From positions 128,285-192,284 of the IMG/VR virus record IMGVR_UViG_3300026538_000054: 64,000 nt of DNA; one strand, 5' to 3'. A program made the position numbers and the translations under genes. Below are positions 53,105-62,606 of this stretch, one piece after another. The notes below the pieces were generated by a model. That model searched no databases and had not been told where the DNA came from. It saw only the letters and a list, made by a program, of their open reading frames with translations. The stretch is from a virus. How positions within the stretch are numbered: the stretch's first letter is position 1; every line of letters begins with the position of its first letter.

Positions 53105-55057
53105 ATGTTCATCTCAGCCGATGGCGGCGCGTCAGGCGCCGCTTCGGGCCTTTGCGTCGATAGCGGCCACGACCCGTTCGTGACGCCGCTTCAGAAGTTC
53201 CAATTCATCGACAAGTACGCCCGTTGGCGGGAAGACCTGGGCCGACGGGAGACCTGGCCCGAGTGCTGTAACAGGGTGATCTCCTGGTTCCGCAAGCACC
53301 ATCACCTGAGGGCCGTGGATGAAGCGACCTGGAGAGAGCTCCACCAGGGGATGTTCGAGCTGGAGGCGTCTCCCGCTATGCGGGTGGTCCAGATGGCCGG
53401 GCCGGCGTTGGATCGGTGCAATATTGGCTCCTATAACTGCAGTGCCGCCAACGTGGACTGCCTGGAGGTGTTTCCCGAGGCCCTGTACATCCTGATGCAG
53501 GGCTCTGGCTTCGGGTTCAGTGTCGAGAAAGAGCTGGTTGACCAGTTGCCCGTGGTCAAGAAGCAGCAGGGCGGCCCCAAGGAGCTCTTCGTCGTCCCGG
53601 ACACCACGGAGGGTTGGTGCAACGCCCTGAAGTACGGGCTGGAGCTTTGGTTCAGCGGACGGGACATCGAGTACGACTTCTCCTTGATCAGACCGGCTGG
53701 CTCCAAGCTCAAAACCAAGGGTGGTACGGCGTCGGGCCCCGGTCCTTTGCGCAAAATGCTGCGCTTCGTCCGACAGATCGTCCTCTCCAGACAGGGAGAG
53801 AAACTCAGGCCGATCGACTGCCACGACATGCTGTGCATGATCGGCAAGATCGTTCAGGTGGGGGGCGTGCGACGCGCTAGTGAGCTCTCCCTGTCAGACC
53901 CTGATGACGCAGAGATGCGCAACGCCAAGACCGGGGCCTGGTGGGAGCACGCCCCCTGGCGCGACATGGCGAATATCAGCGCTGCCTATGAAGGAACGCC
54001 GAGCAGAGAGGAGTTCGACAGGGAGTGGGACGCACTCAGGCGGTCGGGGTCGGGCGAGAGAGGCATCTTCAACCGGAAGGCGGCACGGATGCTTGCGCCG
54101 GCCAGAAGGTTAATAGTTAAGTTTATCCTTAACCCGTGTGCTGAGATTCTGTTAAGAAGTTTAGGTTTGTGCAACTTGAGCATAACCGTTGCGCGACACA
54201 GAGATAACTATACCAGCCTCCGGCGCAAGGTACGACTCGCGGCCATCTTCGGCACCATCCAGGCCACCTTCACGAAGTTCCGCTACGTGAGAGACGGCTG
54301 GCGCATCAACGCGACGGAGGAGGCCCTGATTGGCGTAGACGTGACCGGTCAGATGGACTGCCCTCTTCTCAGGCCGGGTGCGCCAGGACGGACCGAATTG
54401 GTCAAAGACCTCAAGGAAGAGGTCCTCAGGGTCAACGAGACGTGGGCGAGGAAGCTGGGCATCAACCGAGCGGCGGCGGCCACCTGCGTCAAGCCGTCAG
54501 GCAATTCGGCGGCCTTCTTCAACTGCCGCTCAGGCATCCATGTCGGCTTCGCCAAACACCAGCTCAGGCGCGTGCGCGTCGCCAAGGTCAACCCGGTCGG
54601 CAAGCTCCTGGTCGCGCAGGGAGTGCCCTACGCCGAGGACCCGCTCAACGACTCTCTCTGGGTCTTCGACTTCGTGCCGCCGCCCCTCCCCGAAGGCACG
54701 CCGGACCGGAACGCCATGACGGCCGTCGAGCAGTTCCACAACTGGCTGTTCTGGCGTGAGACGTGGGCTGAACACTCGGTGAGTTGTACGATCTATGTCG
54801 GCGAGGAAGAGTGGGGGCCTCTGGGCGAGGAGGTCTACAAGCACTTCGACAAGGTGACGGGGCTGAGCTTCCTTCCCAGGTCCAACGGGTCCTACAAGCT
54901 CGCGCCTAACGAGGAGATCTCCCAGGAGGAGCACGAGCGCCTCACCAGGGAGTTCCCGGTCATCGACTGGTCGCAGTTGTCCCTCTACGAGAAAGAGGAC
55001 AACACCACGAGCGCGCAGGAGCTCGCCTGCACGGCCAACGGATGTGATCTGTTCTGA
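53105..55057 (+). CDS. nrdJ: Class II (B12-dependent, monomeric RTPR-type) ribonucleotide reductase
   Basis: RETWPECCNRV, YNCS, GSGFGFSV, VQVGGVRRASEL, NPCAEI, TCVKPSGNS, EHSVSCTI, C-terminal CTANGC. Confidence 0.92.
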   Translation: MFISADGGASGAASGLCVDSGHDPFVTPLQKFQFIDKYARWREDLGRRETWPECCNRVISWFRKHHHLRAVDEATWRELHQGMFELEASPAMRVVQMAGPALDRCNIGSYNCSAANVDCLEVFPEALYILMQGSGFGFSVEKELVDQLPVVKKQQGGPKELFVVPDTTEGWCNALKYGLELWFSGRDIEYDFSLIRPAGSKLKTKGGTASGPGPLRKMLRFVRQIVLSRQGEKLRPIDCHDMLCMIGKIVQVGGVRRASELSLSDPDDAEMRNAKTGAWWEHAPWRDMANISAAYEGTPSREEFDREWDALRRSGSGERGIFNRKAARMLAPARRLIVKFILNPCAEILLRSLGLCNLSITVARHRDNYTSLRRKVRLAAIFGTIQATFTKFRYVRDGWRINATEEALIGVDVTGQMDCPLLRPGAPGRTELVKDLKEEVLRVNETWARKLGINRAAAATCVKPSGNSAAFFNCRSGIHVGFAKHQLRRVRVAKVNPVGKLLVAQGVPYAEDPLNDSLWVFDFVPPPLPEGTPDRNAMTAVEQFHNWLFWRETWAEHSVSCTIYVGEEEWGPLGEEVYKHFDKVTGLSFLPRSNGSYKLAPNEEISQEEHERLTREFPVIDWSQLSLYEKEDNTTSAQELACTANGCDLF

Positions 55058-55084
55058 CTAACGCGATCTTGTGCGCGTTAGGAT

Positions 55085-55128
55085 TACGGGCACCGGTGGA
55101 ACTTCCACCGGTGCCCGTACTGTTTTCA
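55085..55128 (+). terminator. Perfect 17-bp inverted repeat followed by CTGTTTTC, after nrdJ
   Basis: TACGGGCACCGGTGGAA-c-TTCCACCGGTGCCCGTA. Confidence 0.6.
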
Positions 55129-55843
55129 GGAAAACAAAAATGAGCAACCCTATGAGTCTGGATGACATGCACCCAGGCGTCTACGTCACCGTGAGCAGGT
55201 GGCACGACAACGCCGGCGCGACCCACGCCTCGATGCGGTCCCGGAATGGCTGGAGCCGCCCCTCGACCCAGAGGTTGTACAGCCTCGGGCGGCTGTGGGC
55301 GGGGTGATTGGCGTAGCGGTGCCTTTGCTTCTCCACCCAGTCAGGCGTGAAGACAAGGGGCGGGGGGGGGTGTTCAGACCGGCGGTCGTCATGGAGCGGC
55401 CCTCAAACCTGGGGGATGCGCGGGCGGAGCAGCACCCAACAAAGACGGCTCGGCGGTGTCAGCGGTTCGCGTCGCCTGGCAGCCCTCCCGATGGTCAGCG
55501 TACCAGCGCCTGCCGCGGCGCCAACGGCCACTCCGGACAGCCTCCTGGGGCTTCCCCGGGCGGGCCTGTCGGTCCGCGCGCCCGCTTGCGGATAATGCCC
55601 TTTGGCGGGCCTGCCGGCATCCGCCCGGCCGGCCGGCGAGGGTGTAGGGGACGCTCGCGCCGGCCCCCGTTTTGCGCGCACAGGGGGAGGGGTGGGCCAG
55701 GGGGACGGCGGCAGCGTTCATGATCGAGGCCGGCCGCCAGAGGGCAAGGCGCAAAGGGAAGGCCGGCCAGTCCGTCTATAAGCATTATCCGCAGGACAAC
55801 ATTCCGCCGCTGCGCATGACCACTCGCCCCAGCCGCCTCTCGG

Positions 55844-55872
55844 TTGCCGTGCGGTCGCTCCGCCTTTACAAT
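55844..55872 (+). promoter_or_regulatory. Sigma70-like promoter TTGCCG-N17-TACAAT upstream of purE
   Basis: Exact 17-nt spacing read from the sequence. Confidence 0.55.
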
Positions 55873-55934
55873 CCCGACTGGTAGCGAGCGGGATGTGGCC
55901 CGCTTGGAGCGAGTGGTCGATGTTGGAGGCGACA

Positions 55935-56927
55935 GTGGAAGAGATTGCGGCGGAGACGGACAATCGGGTCGTCGGCCTCGTCATGGGGAGCGACTCCGAC
56001 TTAAAGACCATGCGCCACGCCGCCGACGCCCTGAAGGACCTCGGGGTCAAATGCGATGTGCAAGTCCGCTCCGCGCACCGCAGCCCCGATTACTTGTTCG
56101 AGTATGCCAACGAGGCGGAAGGGAAAGGCCTGGCCTTGATCATCGCCGGTGCCGGCGGGGCGGCTCACCTGCCGGGGATGACGGCGTCGAAGACAATCGT
56201 GCCCGTCATCGGCGTGCCCGTGGTCGCTACCCCGCTGCGCGGCGTGGACGCCCTGCTGTCTATCATGCAGATGCCCGCCGAGGTCGGAGTCGCGACGGTA
56301 GGCATCGGGCCTGCCGGCGCCGACCGCGCCGCGCGCTTTGCCGCCTCGATCCTCGCCCTTGAGAACGACGCCTTGCGCGCCCGTCTGGCCGCCGGCCGGC
56401 CGGACCTCCCGCCTGGGCGGCCGGGAAAGAACCAGTTTCGAGCCAGGAAGGTGGTTGTGCTTGCCGAGAGGGGGCCGCAGCACGAGGTTCTTCGGCACGC
56501 ATCGGGTCACTTTGAAAAGCTCGGGGTGCTTCACGACTTTCGCGTAGTTGGGGAGACGGTCACGGATCTCGAACTGTCGCGCGCCGTGGCGAAGGACGAG
56601 GACGAAGGGGCGGCGGCCTTCATCGCGGGGTCGGATCAAGGGATCGGCCTGGCCTGCAGGGTGGCCCGCGCGACGCTACTGCCCGTCCTCGCCGTTCCCA
56701 TCGTGACCGGGCAAGTCGCCTCGATCGACCGATTCGTGCAGCCGTTCATGGAGATGCCGCCGGGGGTTGCGACTTTCGCGATCGGCCGGCCTGGCGCGAT
56801 CAACGCCGCCCTGTTCGCCGCGACCTTCCTGTCGCCGCCCGTGTCCCCGCTCAGGGACAGCCTCAAGAAAATGCGCGAGGAGCAGGAACGGCGGGTCCGC
56901 GCCATGAATGAACATCTGCCGCGGTAA
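55935..56927 (+). CDS. purE: Tandem PurE protein (intact N5-CAIR mutase domain plus degenerate second domain)
   Basis: MGSDSD, SAHRSP, AGAGGAAHLPG, GVDALLSIMQMP; second domain MEMPPGVATFAIG lacks SDSD/SAHR; GTG start after GGAGG. Confidence 0.88.
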   Translation: MEEIAAETDNRVVGLVMGSDSDLKTMRHAADALKDLGVKCDVQVRSAHRSPDYLFEYANEAEGKGLALIIAGAGGAAHLPGMTASKTIVPVIGVPVVATPLRGVDALLSIMQMPAEVGVATVGIGPAGADRAARFAASILALENDALRARLAAGRPDLPPGRPGKNQFRARKVVVLAERGPQHEVLRHASGHFEKLGVLHDFRVVGETVTDLELSRAVAKDEDEGAAAFIAGSDQGIGLACRVARATLLPVLAVPIVTGQVASIDRFVQPFMEMPPGVATFAIGRPGAINAALFAATFLSPPVSPLRDSLKKMREEQERRVRAMNEHLPR

Positions 56928-57079
56928 TGATGAGGGTCCGCGTGTTTGCCGCGATCATCCTGGAGCGCGAGGCCGACCGCGCGAAGAGAAACGCTCGCGC
57001 TCTTTCTAGCGCGCTGGGGAAGTGGCCTGGTGACGAGACGGACGAGGAGATCAACAAGGCACTCGAAGACATCAGTTAA
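56927..57079 (+). CDS. Possible 50-aa peptide ending GKWPGDETDEEINKALEDIS
   Basis: TAATG overlap with purE; C-terminus resembles small host antitoxin-like proteins. Confidence 0.3.
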   Translation: MMRVRVFAAIILEREADRAKRNARALSSALGKWPGDETDEEINKALEDIS

Positions 57080-57141
57080 CTTGGACGTCCTTGCTAGGAT
57101 GACGGTTTGCGCCCGCACTTGCACGCCAAAGAGCGACAACC

Positions 57142-57564
57142 GTGATCCTCGTTCTCGATATCGACAGAGATGACTCTGACGAGGGCGTCGCCTGCGTCGT
57201 CCTTAGTCTCAAAGGGCCGCACGCCGCCGATGTCCTGGCCAGGCTCAAGAGCTACAGGGCATTCCTTGATTCCCGACAGGACGCCTCCGAGGTCGTCTTC
57301 ACGGAGCCTGTGGACAGATTGAAGTTCCTGAGGCGCGCGCCTCAGGGCCTGAGACCACTACCAGGCGTCAAGCCGGAGTCCGGCGTCAGGCAACTGGCTG
57401 ACCCCGTCAGGCCCTCTGAAGGCGACCGCGTGCTCGTCTACGAGGCCTCAATGGTCATCAGTGAAGAAGGCGCCTTCTGGCGAGGCTACGTGAAGACAGG
57501 AATGGTGGAGAGCGCGCCTTTGCCGATAGCTATCGTCGTCGGTCTGGTCAAGGCCGCCGGCTAA
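57142..57564 (+). CDS. Hypothetical protein
   Basis: 140 aa ORF. Confidence 0.55.
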   Translation: MILVLDIDRDDSDEGVACVVLSLKGPHAADVLARLKSYRAFLDSRQDASEVVFTEPVDRLKFLRRAPQGLRPLPGVKPESGVRQLADPVRPSEGDRVLVYEASMVISEEGAFWRGYVKTGMVESAPLPIAIVVGLVKAAG

Positions 57565-57607
57565 CGTTTTTTTAACAAAAGACAACCCTGAAAAGGGACC
57601 GCGAGAG

Positions 57608-58336
57608 ATGCCGTTCGCTCTCCCGCTTGCGGCCAGGGTACGGCCGCGTGAAGAAGACCATGGCGACATACAACACGGGAACACGAAACTAGGAAAGAAG
57701 GACATCCTCTGGGTGTGGGACCTGCCGGCGGTGACCACTTGTCCAGGCAGGAGCAAGCTCTGCGAAGAGCTGTGCTACGCCAACTCCGGCTTCTTCCGGA
57801 TGCCGAGCGTGACCATGGGCCTGGCCCGAAACCTGCGATACAGCCACGGGGCCGACTTTGAAGACTGGCTTGTGTCCGTCCTCAAGAAGCGCGCGGTGCA
57901 GGTATTGCGCGTACACGGCTCGGGCGATTTCTACTCTCAGGCCTACGCCATCTCCTGCTGGCGCATCTTCAGGCGGCTGCCTCACACGGCCTTCTACTTC
58001 TACACGCGCTCCTGGCGAGACAGGGAGATAATGCCCGTCCTCGCCGGCATGGCCCTTGAGCCCAACGTCGAGGCCTGGTTTTCCACGGACAAGGAAACAG
58101 GGCCACCGGAATGTGCGCTTCCGCGCGTGAAGATCGCCTACATGCTCACGGCGGGCGAGACGGCCCCGGCCTTCCCGGTTGACCTAGTGTTCCGGGATGA
58201 AGGCCACTTACCAGGCGAGAGAGTCAAGCGCGCAGGGGGCGCGCTTGTTTGCCCTTACGAGCAAGGCCCTGGCCTGAACGTCACCTGCGCCAAGTGCAAG
58301 ATCTGTTTTCGAGAAGCGTTGCGAGGACGACCATGA
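57608..58336 (+). CDS. GP88-like phage protein (Cys-motif, radical-SAM-like)
   Basis: WDLPAVTTCPG..CEELCYA, RVHGSGDFYS, YFYTRSW, C-terminal CAKCKIC. Confidence 0.75.
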   Translation: MPFALPLAARVRPREEDHGDIQHGNTKLGKKDILWVWDLPAVTTCPGRSKLCEELCYANSGFFRMPSVTMGLARNLRYSHGADFEDWLVSVLKKRAVQVLRVHGSGDFYSQAYAISCWRIFRRLPHTAFYFYTRSWRDREIMPVLAGMALEPNVEAWFSTDKETGPPECALPRVKIAYMLTAGETAPAFPVDLVFRDEGHLPGERVKRAGGALVCPYEQGPGLNVTCAKCKICFREALRGRP

Positions 58337-60225
58337 CGAACACGAACGGCGAGCTGCGCAAGTTCCGCGCCCACGAAGAGTTACTGGCCAAGGTCATCAG
58401 GGACCAGACCGGCGGCGTGGACCGGGCCATCCTGGAGGCCGTGCAGAACTCCATCGACGCCGGCGCCCCTGAGGTCTACATCACCACGTCCCTCTCGCGG
58501 CTGAGCATCGCCGACCCGGGCAAGGGCTTCGCGAGCAGAGAGGAGATCGTCAACAACTTCGAGACCTTCGGCAGGCCGCATGAGGCCAGGGAGGCCAAGC
58601 AGTTCGGCGCTTTTCGCATGGGCCGCGGGCAGCTCATGCCGCACGGCGCCTGCTCCTGGACGAGCAACCGGTGGAAGATGTCCGTGGACCTGGACAAGGA
58701 CGGCCTGGCCTATCGCCTCGAAGAGCTCGAGGAGGCCCAGCCCGGCTGCACGGTCAAGGTGGACCTCTACAGGCCGCTCTCCAACTACGACCTGACCAGG
58801 CTGCGCGCCGACCTCAAGCGCGACGTCAAGTACGTGGAGACCAAGGTCTTCCTGGACAACGAGAGGATCTCTCAGGGCGCTCGCGAGGGTAAGTGGTCGG
58901 TAGATGGCGATTGGTTCGTGGGGCACTTCAACCTCACGGGCGATCTTCACCTCTACAACGTCGGCGTTCACGTCGCCACCTGGCCCAACTCCAAGTACGG
59001 CGTGGGCGGCACGGTGGTCACGAACCTGGCCATGCGCCTGAACACGGCGAGAAACGACCCCAAGGACGACTGCCCGGTCTGGACCGAGGCGAAGGAGGCC
59101 ATGCTGAAAGAGAGGGCTCGCCTTCTCGAAGAGATACAGGCCGCGGGCAGGCCCAAGAAGAAAAGCTCTTCGGGCAAGAAGACGAGCACACGCAAACACC
59201 TCTACGTGGAGGAGAGAGAACGGCGAATACGGAAGATATTCGCCGGTGACGTCGGGGTGGAGAGTGACGACCTCTCAGAGCCCTATTTCTATGCGCCCAC
59301 GGATAATCGCAAGTGGGTCAGCGCTCTCTGGCTTCACAAGGCCTGCTCGAAGCATTGTGAAGCGCTACGCGTGGTGGTGGCCCCTCGCAGACACGATCTA
59401 GCGGTCAAGGCCAACCAGTTCAAGCTCTTCTATTTGATAGACCATCGGAACTGCTCGCGCACGAACACCGAACCAGAGGCCCTGGTAAACGGCCTCAACC
59501 GATTCTTCGGCTCTTACCACGCGCGGCTGTTCAAGTTCTTGAGCCACGCGGAGGCCCTGGAGACCGTGGCCAGGCACGTAGAGGTCCTGGAGCGCAGGAA
59601 GCTCACCGCTCAGGAAGAGGTCCTTGGCACTGCGCTCACAGAACATCTGCCCTTGAGTTTCTACGAGAAGAGCCATGGCTACCTGGGTACGCGTTACCAC
59701 GTCGGGGTGTTTGACAACTCAGTGGACCAGTCACCCGTACGCGTACTGGACGGTAAGGAGCGTTTCGACCAGAAGGAGATCCAGGTCGTTCTTCACAAAG
59801 ATCGCCTGGTCAGGTTGGCCTCTATCGGCCTTACAGGCTGGCTACAACTGGCCGACACGATCGTTTCACAGGTCGTAGACCGCGCGGCCGAGATATTCAA
59901 GCCTGAGTCACCCCAAGAGTGGCGGGCTGCCAAGTACCACGAGGCGATCCAGAAATTCATCAGACAAGGTCTGCTCGGTCTCCTACACGAGTTGGCCGAC
60001 TCGCAGCGAGAGGGCGTGGAGGAGCTCAAGTTGTCCCACGCCAGGGCCCTGGACGTTCTGGCCATGTTCGACGAGTCGGGCCGCTCGCTCGATCTCTGGA
60101 AGAGCAAGCTCCTGGAGGTCAAAGGGGAGCTGGAAAAGGCCCTGCGTAACAACTCGCTGGAGGGAGACCCCCTCGCGCTGATTGCCAAGGAAAGAGGCGT
60201 CGTCCTCGCCGCGGACGAGAACTAG
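58333..60225 (+). CDS. GHKL (HSP90/MORC-like) ATPase domain protein
   Basis: ILEAVQNSIDAGA, IADPGKG, FGAFRMG; ATGA overlap with the GP88-like gene. Confidence 0.8.
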   Translation: MTNTNGELRKFRAHEELLAKVIRDQTGGVDRAILEAVQNSIDAGAPEVYITTSLSRLSIADPGKGFASREEIVNNFETFGRPHEAREAKQFGAFRMGRGQLMPHGACSWTSNRWKMSVDLDKDGLAYRLEELEEAQPGCTVKVDLYRPLSNYDLTRLRADLKRDVKYVETKVFLDNERISQGAREGKWSVDGDWFVGHFNLTGDLHLYNVGVHVATWPNSKYGVGGTVVTNLAMRLNTARNDPKDDCPVWTEAKEAMLKERARLLEEIQAAGRPKKKSSSGKKTSTRKHLYVEERERRIRKIFAGDVGVESDDLSEPYFYAPTDNRKWVSALWLHKACSKHCEALRVVVAPRRHDLAVKANQFKLFYLIDHRNCSRTNTEPEALVNGLNRFFGSYHARLFKFLSHAEALETVARHVEVLERRKLTAQEEVLGTALTEHLPLSFYEKSHGYLGTRYHVGVFDNSVDQSPVRVLDGKERFDQKEIQVVLHKDRLVRLASIGLTGWLQLADTIVSQVVDRAAEIFKPESPQEWRAAKYHEAIQKFIRQGLLGLLHELADSQREGVEELKLSHARALDVLAMFDESGRSLDLWKSKLLEVKGELEKALRNNSLEGDPLALIAKERGVVLAADEN

Positions 60226-60240
60226 AGGAGAGAAAGCCCT

Positions 60241-60534
60241 ATGTTGCGCAAAGACGCCAAAGCGGGCGCGTGCGTCTATTACCTCGATGACCAAGGGAGG
60301 ATCAAGAAGGGAAAGCTCTGGTACGTGGACAGGTTCGCCTACGCCCATTTCCGCGGGCATGACGGCCTGCCTGTGGCGGCCAGACAGCTCGAGAGCTGTT
60401 TCTACAGCGCGAAGAAGGCGGCCCTGGCCCTCAGGGCCCTTCTCATCCTGAGGATGGAGGAGCACGCCGTGAGGGTGGAAGAGATCGACAAGGCGATCAG
60501 CCTGGGGAAAGTAGCCCTGCTTGTGGAAGGATGA
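60241..60534 (+). CDS. Hypothetical protein
   Basis: GAGGAG upstream. Confidence 0.55.
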   Translation: MLRKDAKAGACVYYLDDQGRIKKGKLWYVDRFAYAHFRGHDGLPVAARQLESCFYSAKKAALALRALLILRMEEHAVRVEEIDKAISLGKVALLVEG

Positions 60535-60535
60535 C

Positions 60536-60745
60536 ATGGCAACCAACGATTACAAGGCTTTGGGCCTCAGGCCCGGCGACCTGTTAGCGATCTACGGCGA
60601 TTGGGACGAGCCCTACGAGGCGAAGGTCCACCACCTCAACGCGATCGGGCAGCCCTACGTCATGCCCGACGGGCCGCGCTCGCCCAGGTATCTGTTCACG
60701 GAGCTGGTGGTCGTCATCAAGAGAGCTGAGGAGATTTCGACTTGA
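60536..60745 (+). CDS. Small SH3-like hypothetical protein
   Basis: LRPGDLLAIY pattern; ATG 60536. Confidence 0.5.
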   Translation: MATNDYKALGLRPGDLLAIYGDWDEPYEAKVHHLNAIGQPYVMPDGPRSPRYLFTELVVVIKRAEEIST

Positions 60746-61401
60746 GCAACCAGGAAAAAGCGACGGGTGAGTGGGTGGCCTGGCAGAGCATGGGCCATAA
60801 AGGCCCTGGCCGCTGGTCCAGAAGGCACTTCACCCGCGACGGCAAGCACGCCGTCTGCGGCAGGCCCATCCCTGAGAAGAGCCAGGTGTTCCGCTTCAAT
60901 ACCGGCGTGGGCGAAGGGATCTGCCCGCGCTGCGAAAGGACCGCGACGCAGGCTGAGAAAAAGGCCGGAAAGGAAGAACCGGCAGCGAAACTGGTGACCA
61001 TGAAGTCCAAAGCCACGTTCCCCCAGACCCACTACGCGGTGGCGCTCCTGTTCGCCAAGGGTGCTGCGGAGTATCTCGCCTCCCCGATCGTCAGTGGCGA
61101 GTGCCCTCTCCTGCCCGACGAGGTGTACGCCAGGGCGCTCAAGTTCGCCTTGGAGCACTGGCCCGACCAGCTCGGGCCGCCTGCGCAGTGGACCATAAAA
61201 CTCAAGACGTACTCCTACCTGATGCAGACGACGTCTTCCTCTACGACGCCGGATCGGTCGCCCGACATGGTGTTCAACCCATCCCTGGGAAGAATGGTCT
61301 CGAAGGCCGACAGCGCCTACCTGGATATTGCTCTGCCACCTCAGCGCGGCCAAAAGAACAAGGCCGCGCCTGACGTTGAGGGCGTGGCTGACCTGGACTA
61401 G
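60742..61401 (+). CDS. Hypothetical protein with H..C..CxxC motif
   Basis: HFTRDGKHAVCG..ICPRC. Confidence 0.55.
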   Translation: MSNQEKATGEWVAWQSMGHKGPGRWSRRHFTRDGKHAVCGRPIPEKSQVFRFNTGVGEGICPRCERTATQAEKKAGKEEPAAKLVTMKSKATFPQTHYAVALLFAKGAAEYLASPIVSGECPLLPDEVYARALKFALEHWPDQLGPPAQWTIKLKTYSYLMQTTSSSTTPDRSPDMVFNPSLGRMVSKADSAYLDIALPPQRGQKNKAAPDVEGVADLD

Positions 61402-62606
61402 CGACCCAGGGCCAAAAGCCAGCGGTGAAGCAGTACGGCCTTGGTCTCGCGGAAGTTCGTCCTTCCATGTACGAAGCCCCACACGGCCCTGCGCGTGACT
61501 TGCAGCCTTTTCGCCAGGGCCGTCTGTTTGATCTTCATCTCCTTGAGACACAAGACAACACGCCGACGAAGCTCTTCCTGGTCCAACTTCTCCTTTGGCT
61601 TGTTACCTGACTCCGCCCGTCTCTCCTTCTCGTCCACTGGTGAGTAGTCCGGTGACAGGATGACCTTGGCCTGCTCCTGGAGCTTGTTCTTTAGGGCCGT
61701 GAAGAAGTCGGCCTTGGCGGTGATAGACACGCGCCACGCGCCGATCGCCGCCGACGGCAGGCCCTCTCTGGCTCGCAGAAAGGCCAGGGCCTTTGACGCC
61801 GAGCACTTCACCTTCTTCGACCGCGAAACAACGACCGACAAGCCGGTCCATTCTTCCAGCCTGACCAGGGACGACAGGTATTTGTCAACGATTGGCCTGA
61901 CCATGTCCTGGTCCAGGTAGCCGCCGGACGAGAACATGGCCTTGGTCAGCAACACGTGCAGGGGTGAGCCGCCCTTGAGAGGGTGCGAGCCGTCGAAACG
62001 GAACACCCTTCTTCGTGTGGTGAGACGAGGCTCACCCGCCAGGCTGAACCGCGACTCGGACAGGATGGCACTCAGAACGCGCACGTCGTCGAACAACATC
62101 CCAGCCGCGCGGCCTAGCAGCAGAAGCGGAGCGTAGAGCGGTCGTTGCCCTGTGCCTTTCAACGGGCCTGCAAGAGGCAAGAGGGGAGCTACGTCCGTGG
62201 GCAACGTCACCGAAAGGTGCAAGTGCCAGGTCTGCGCGCCCTTCAGGCCGCAGTAGGCAGGGCAGCCCTTATGCGGCTCCGGGTAGCACCCCAGTCGCGC
62301 AAGCAACGACTTGATCTTCACCTGCCAGCGTGGCGGGCGAAGATCAGGGCCCCAGACGGCCCTGCCAAGCGACTCGTAGTCAACCACGAAGCCGTTCGCC
62401 GGCAAGTCGGCCTGCGCAGCCACCAGACACAGGTAGGTCAGTACGTCTTCGACGCGTTGCGGCGTCTTTCCCGGCTGGTCCGCGCGAAGTTGAATCAGCA
62501 CCTTCGGAGAAGGCGGTGACAGAACAAAGTCCGGTACGACAACCGGCAGATACACGCTCTCACCCGGCCTGGGGGCTAGCTCGAAGCGATCCATAGGTCC
62601 CTTCAT
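61398..62606 (-). CDS. Protein with C-terminal XRE-type HTH, candidate origin-binding or regulatory protein
   Basis: LKEMKIKQTALAKRLQVTRRAVWGFVHG; divergent from the iteron-like region. Confidence 0.6.
   Translation of the reverse strand: MKGPMDRFELAPRPGESVYLPVVVPDFVLSPPSPKVLIQLRADQPGKTPQRVEDVLTYLCLVAAQADLPANGFVVDYESLGRAVWGPDLRPPRWQVKIKSLLARLGCYPEPHKGCPAYCGLKGAQTWHLHLSVTLPTDVAPLLPLAGPLKGTGQRPLYAPLLLLGRAAGMLFDDVRVLSAILSESRFSLAGEPRLTTRRRVFRFDGSHPLKGGSPLHVLLTKAMFSSGGYLDQDMVRPIVDKYLSSLVRLEEWTGLSVVVSRSKKVKCSASKALAFLRAREGLPSAAIGAWRVSITAKADFFTALKNKLQEQAKVILSPDYSPVDEKERRAESGNKPKEKLDQEELRRRVVLCLKEMKIKQTALAKRLQVTRRAVWGFVHGRTNFRETKAVLLHRWLLALGR

Noticed and set aside
53986-54183. 65-aa minus-strand ORF overlapping the AT-rich nrdJ patch as its cause
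   Set aside because: No motif, SD or promoter support; short antisense ORFs are abundant here.
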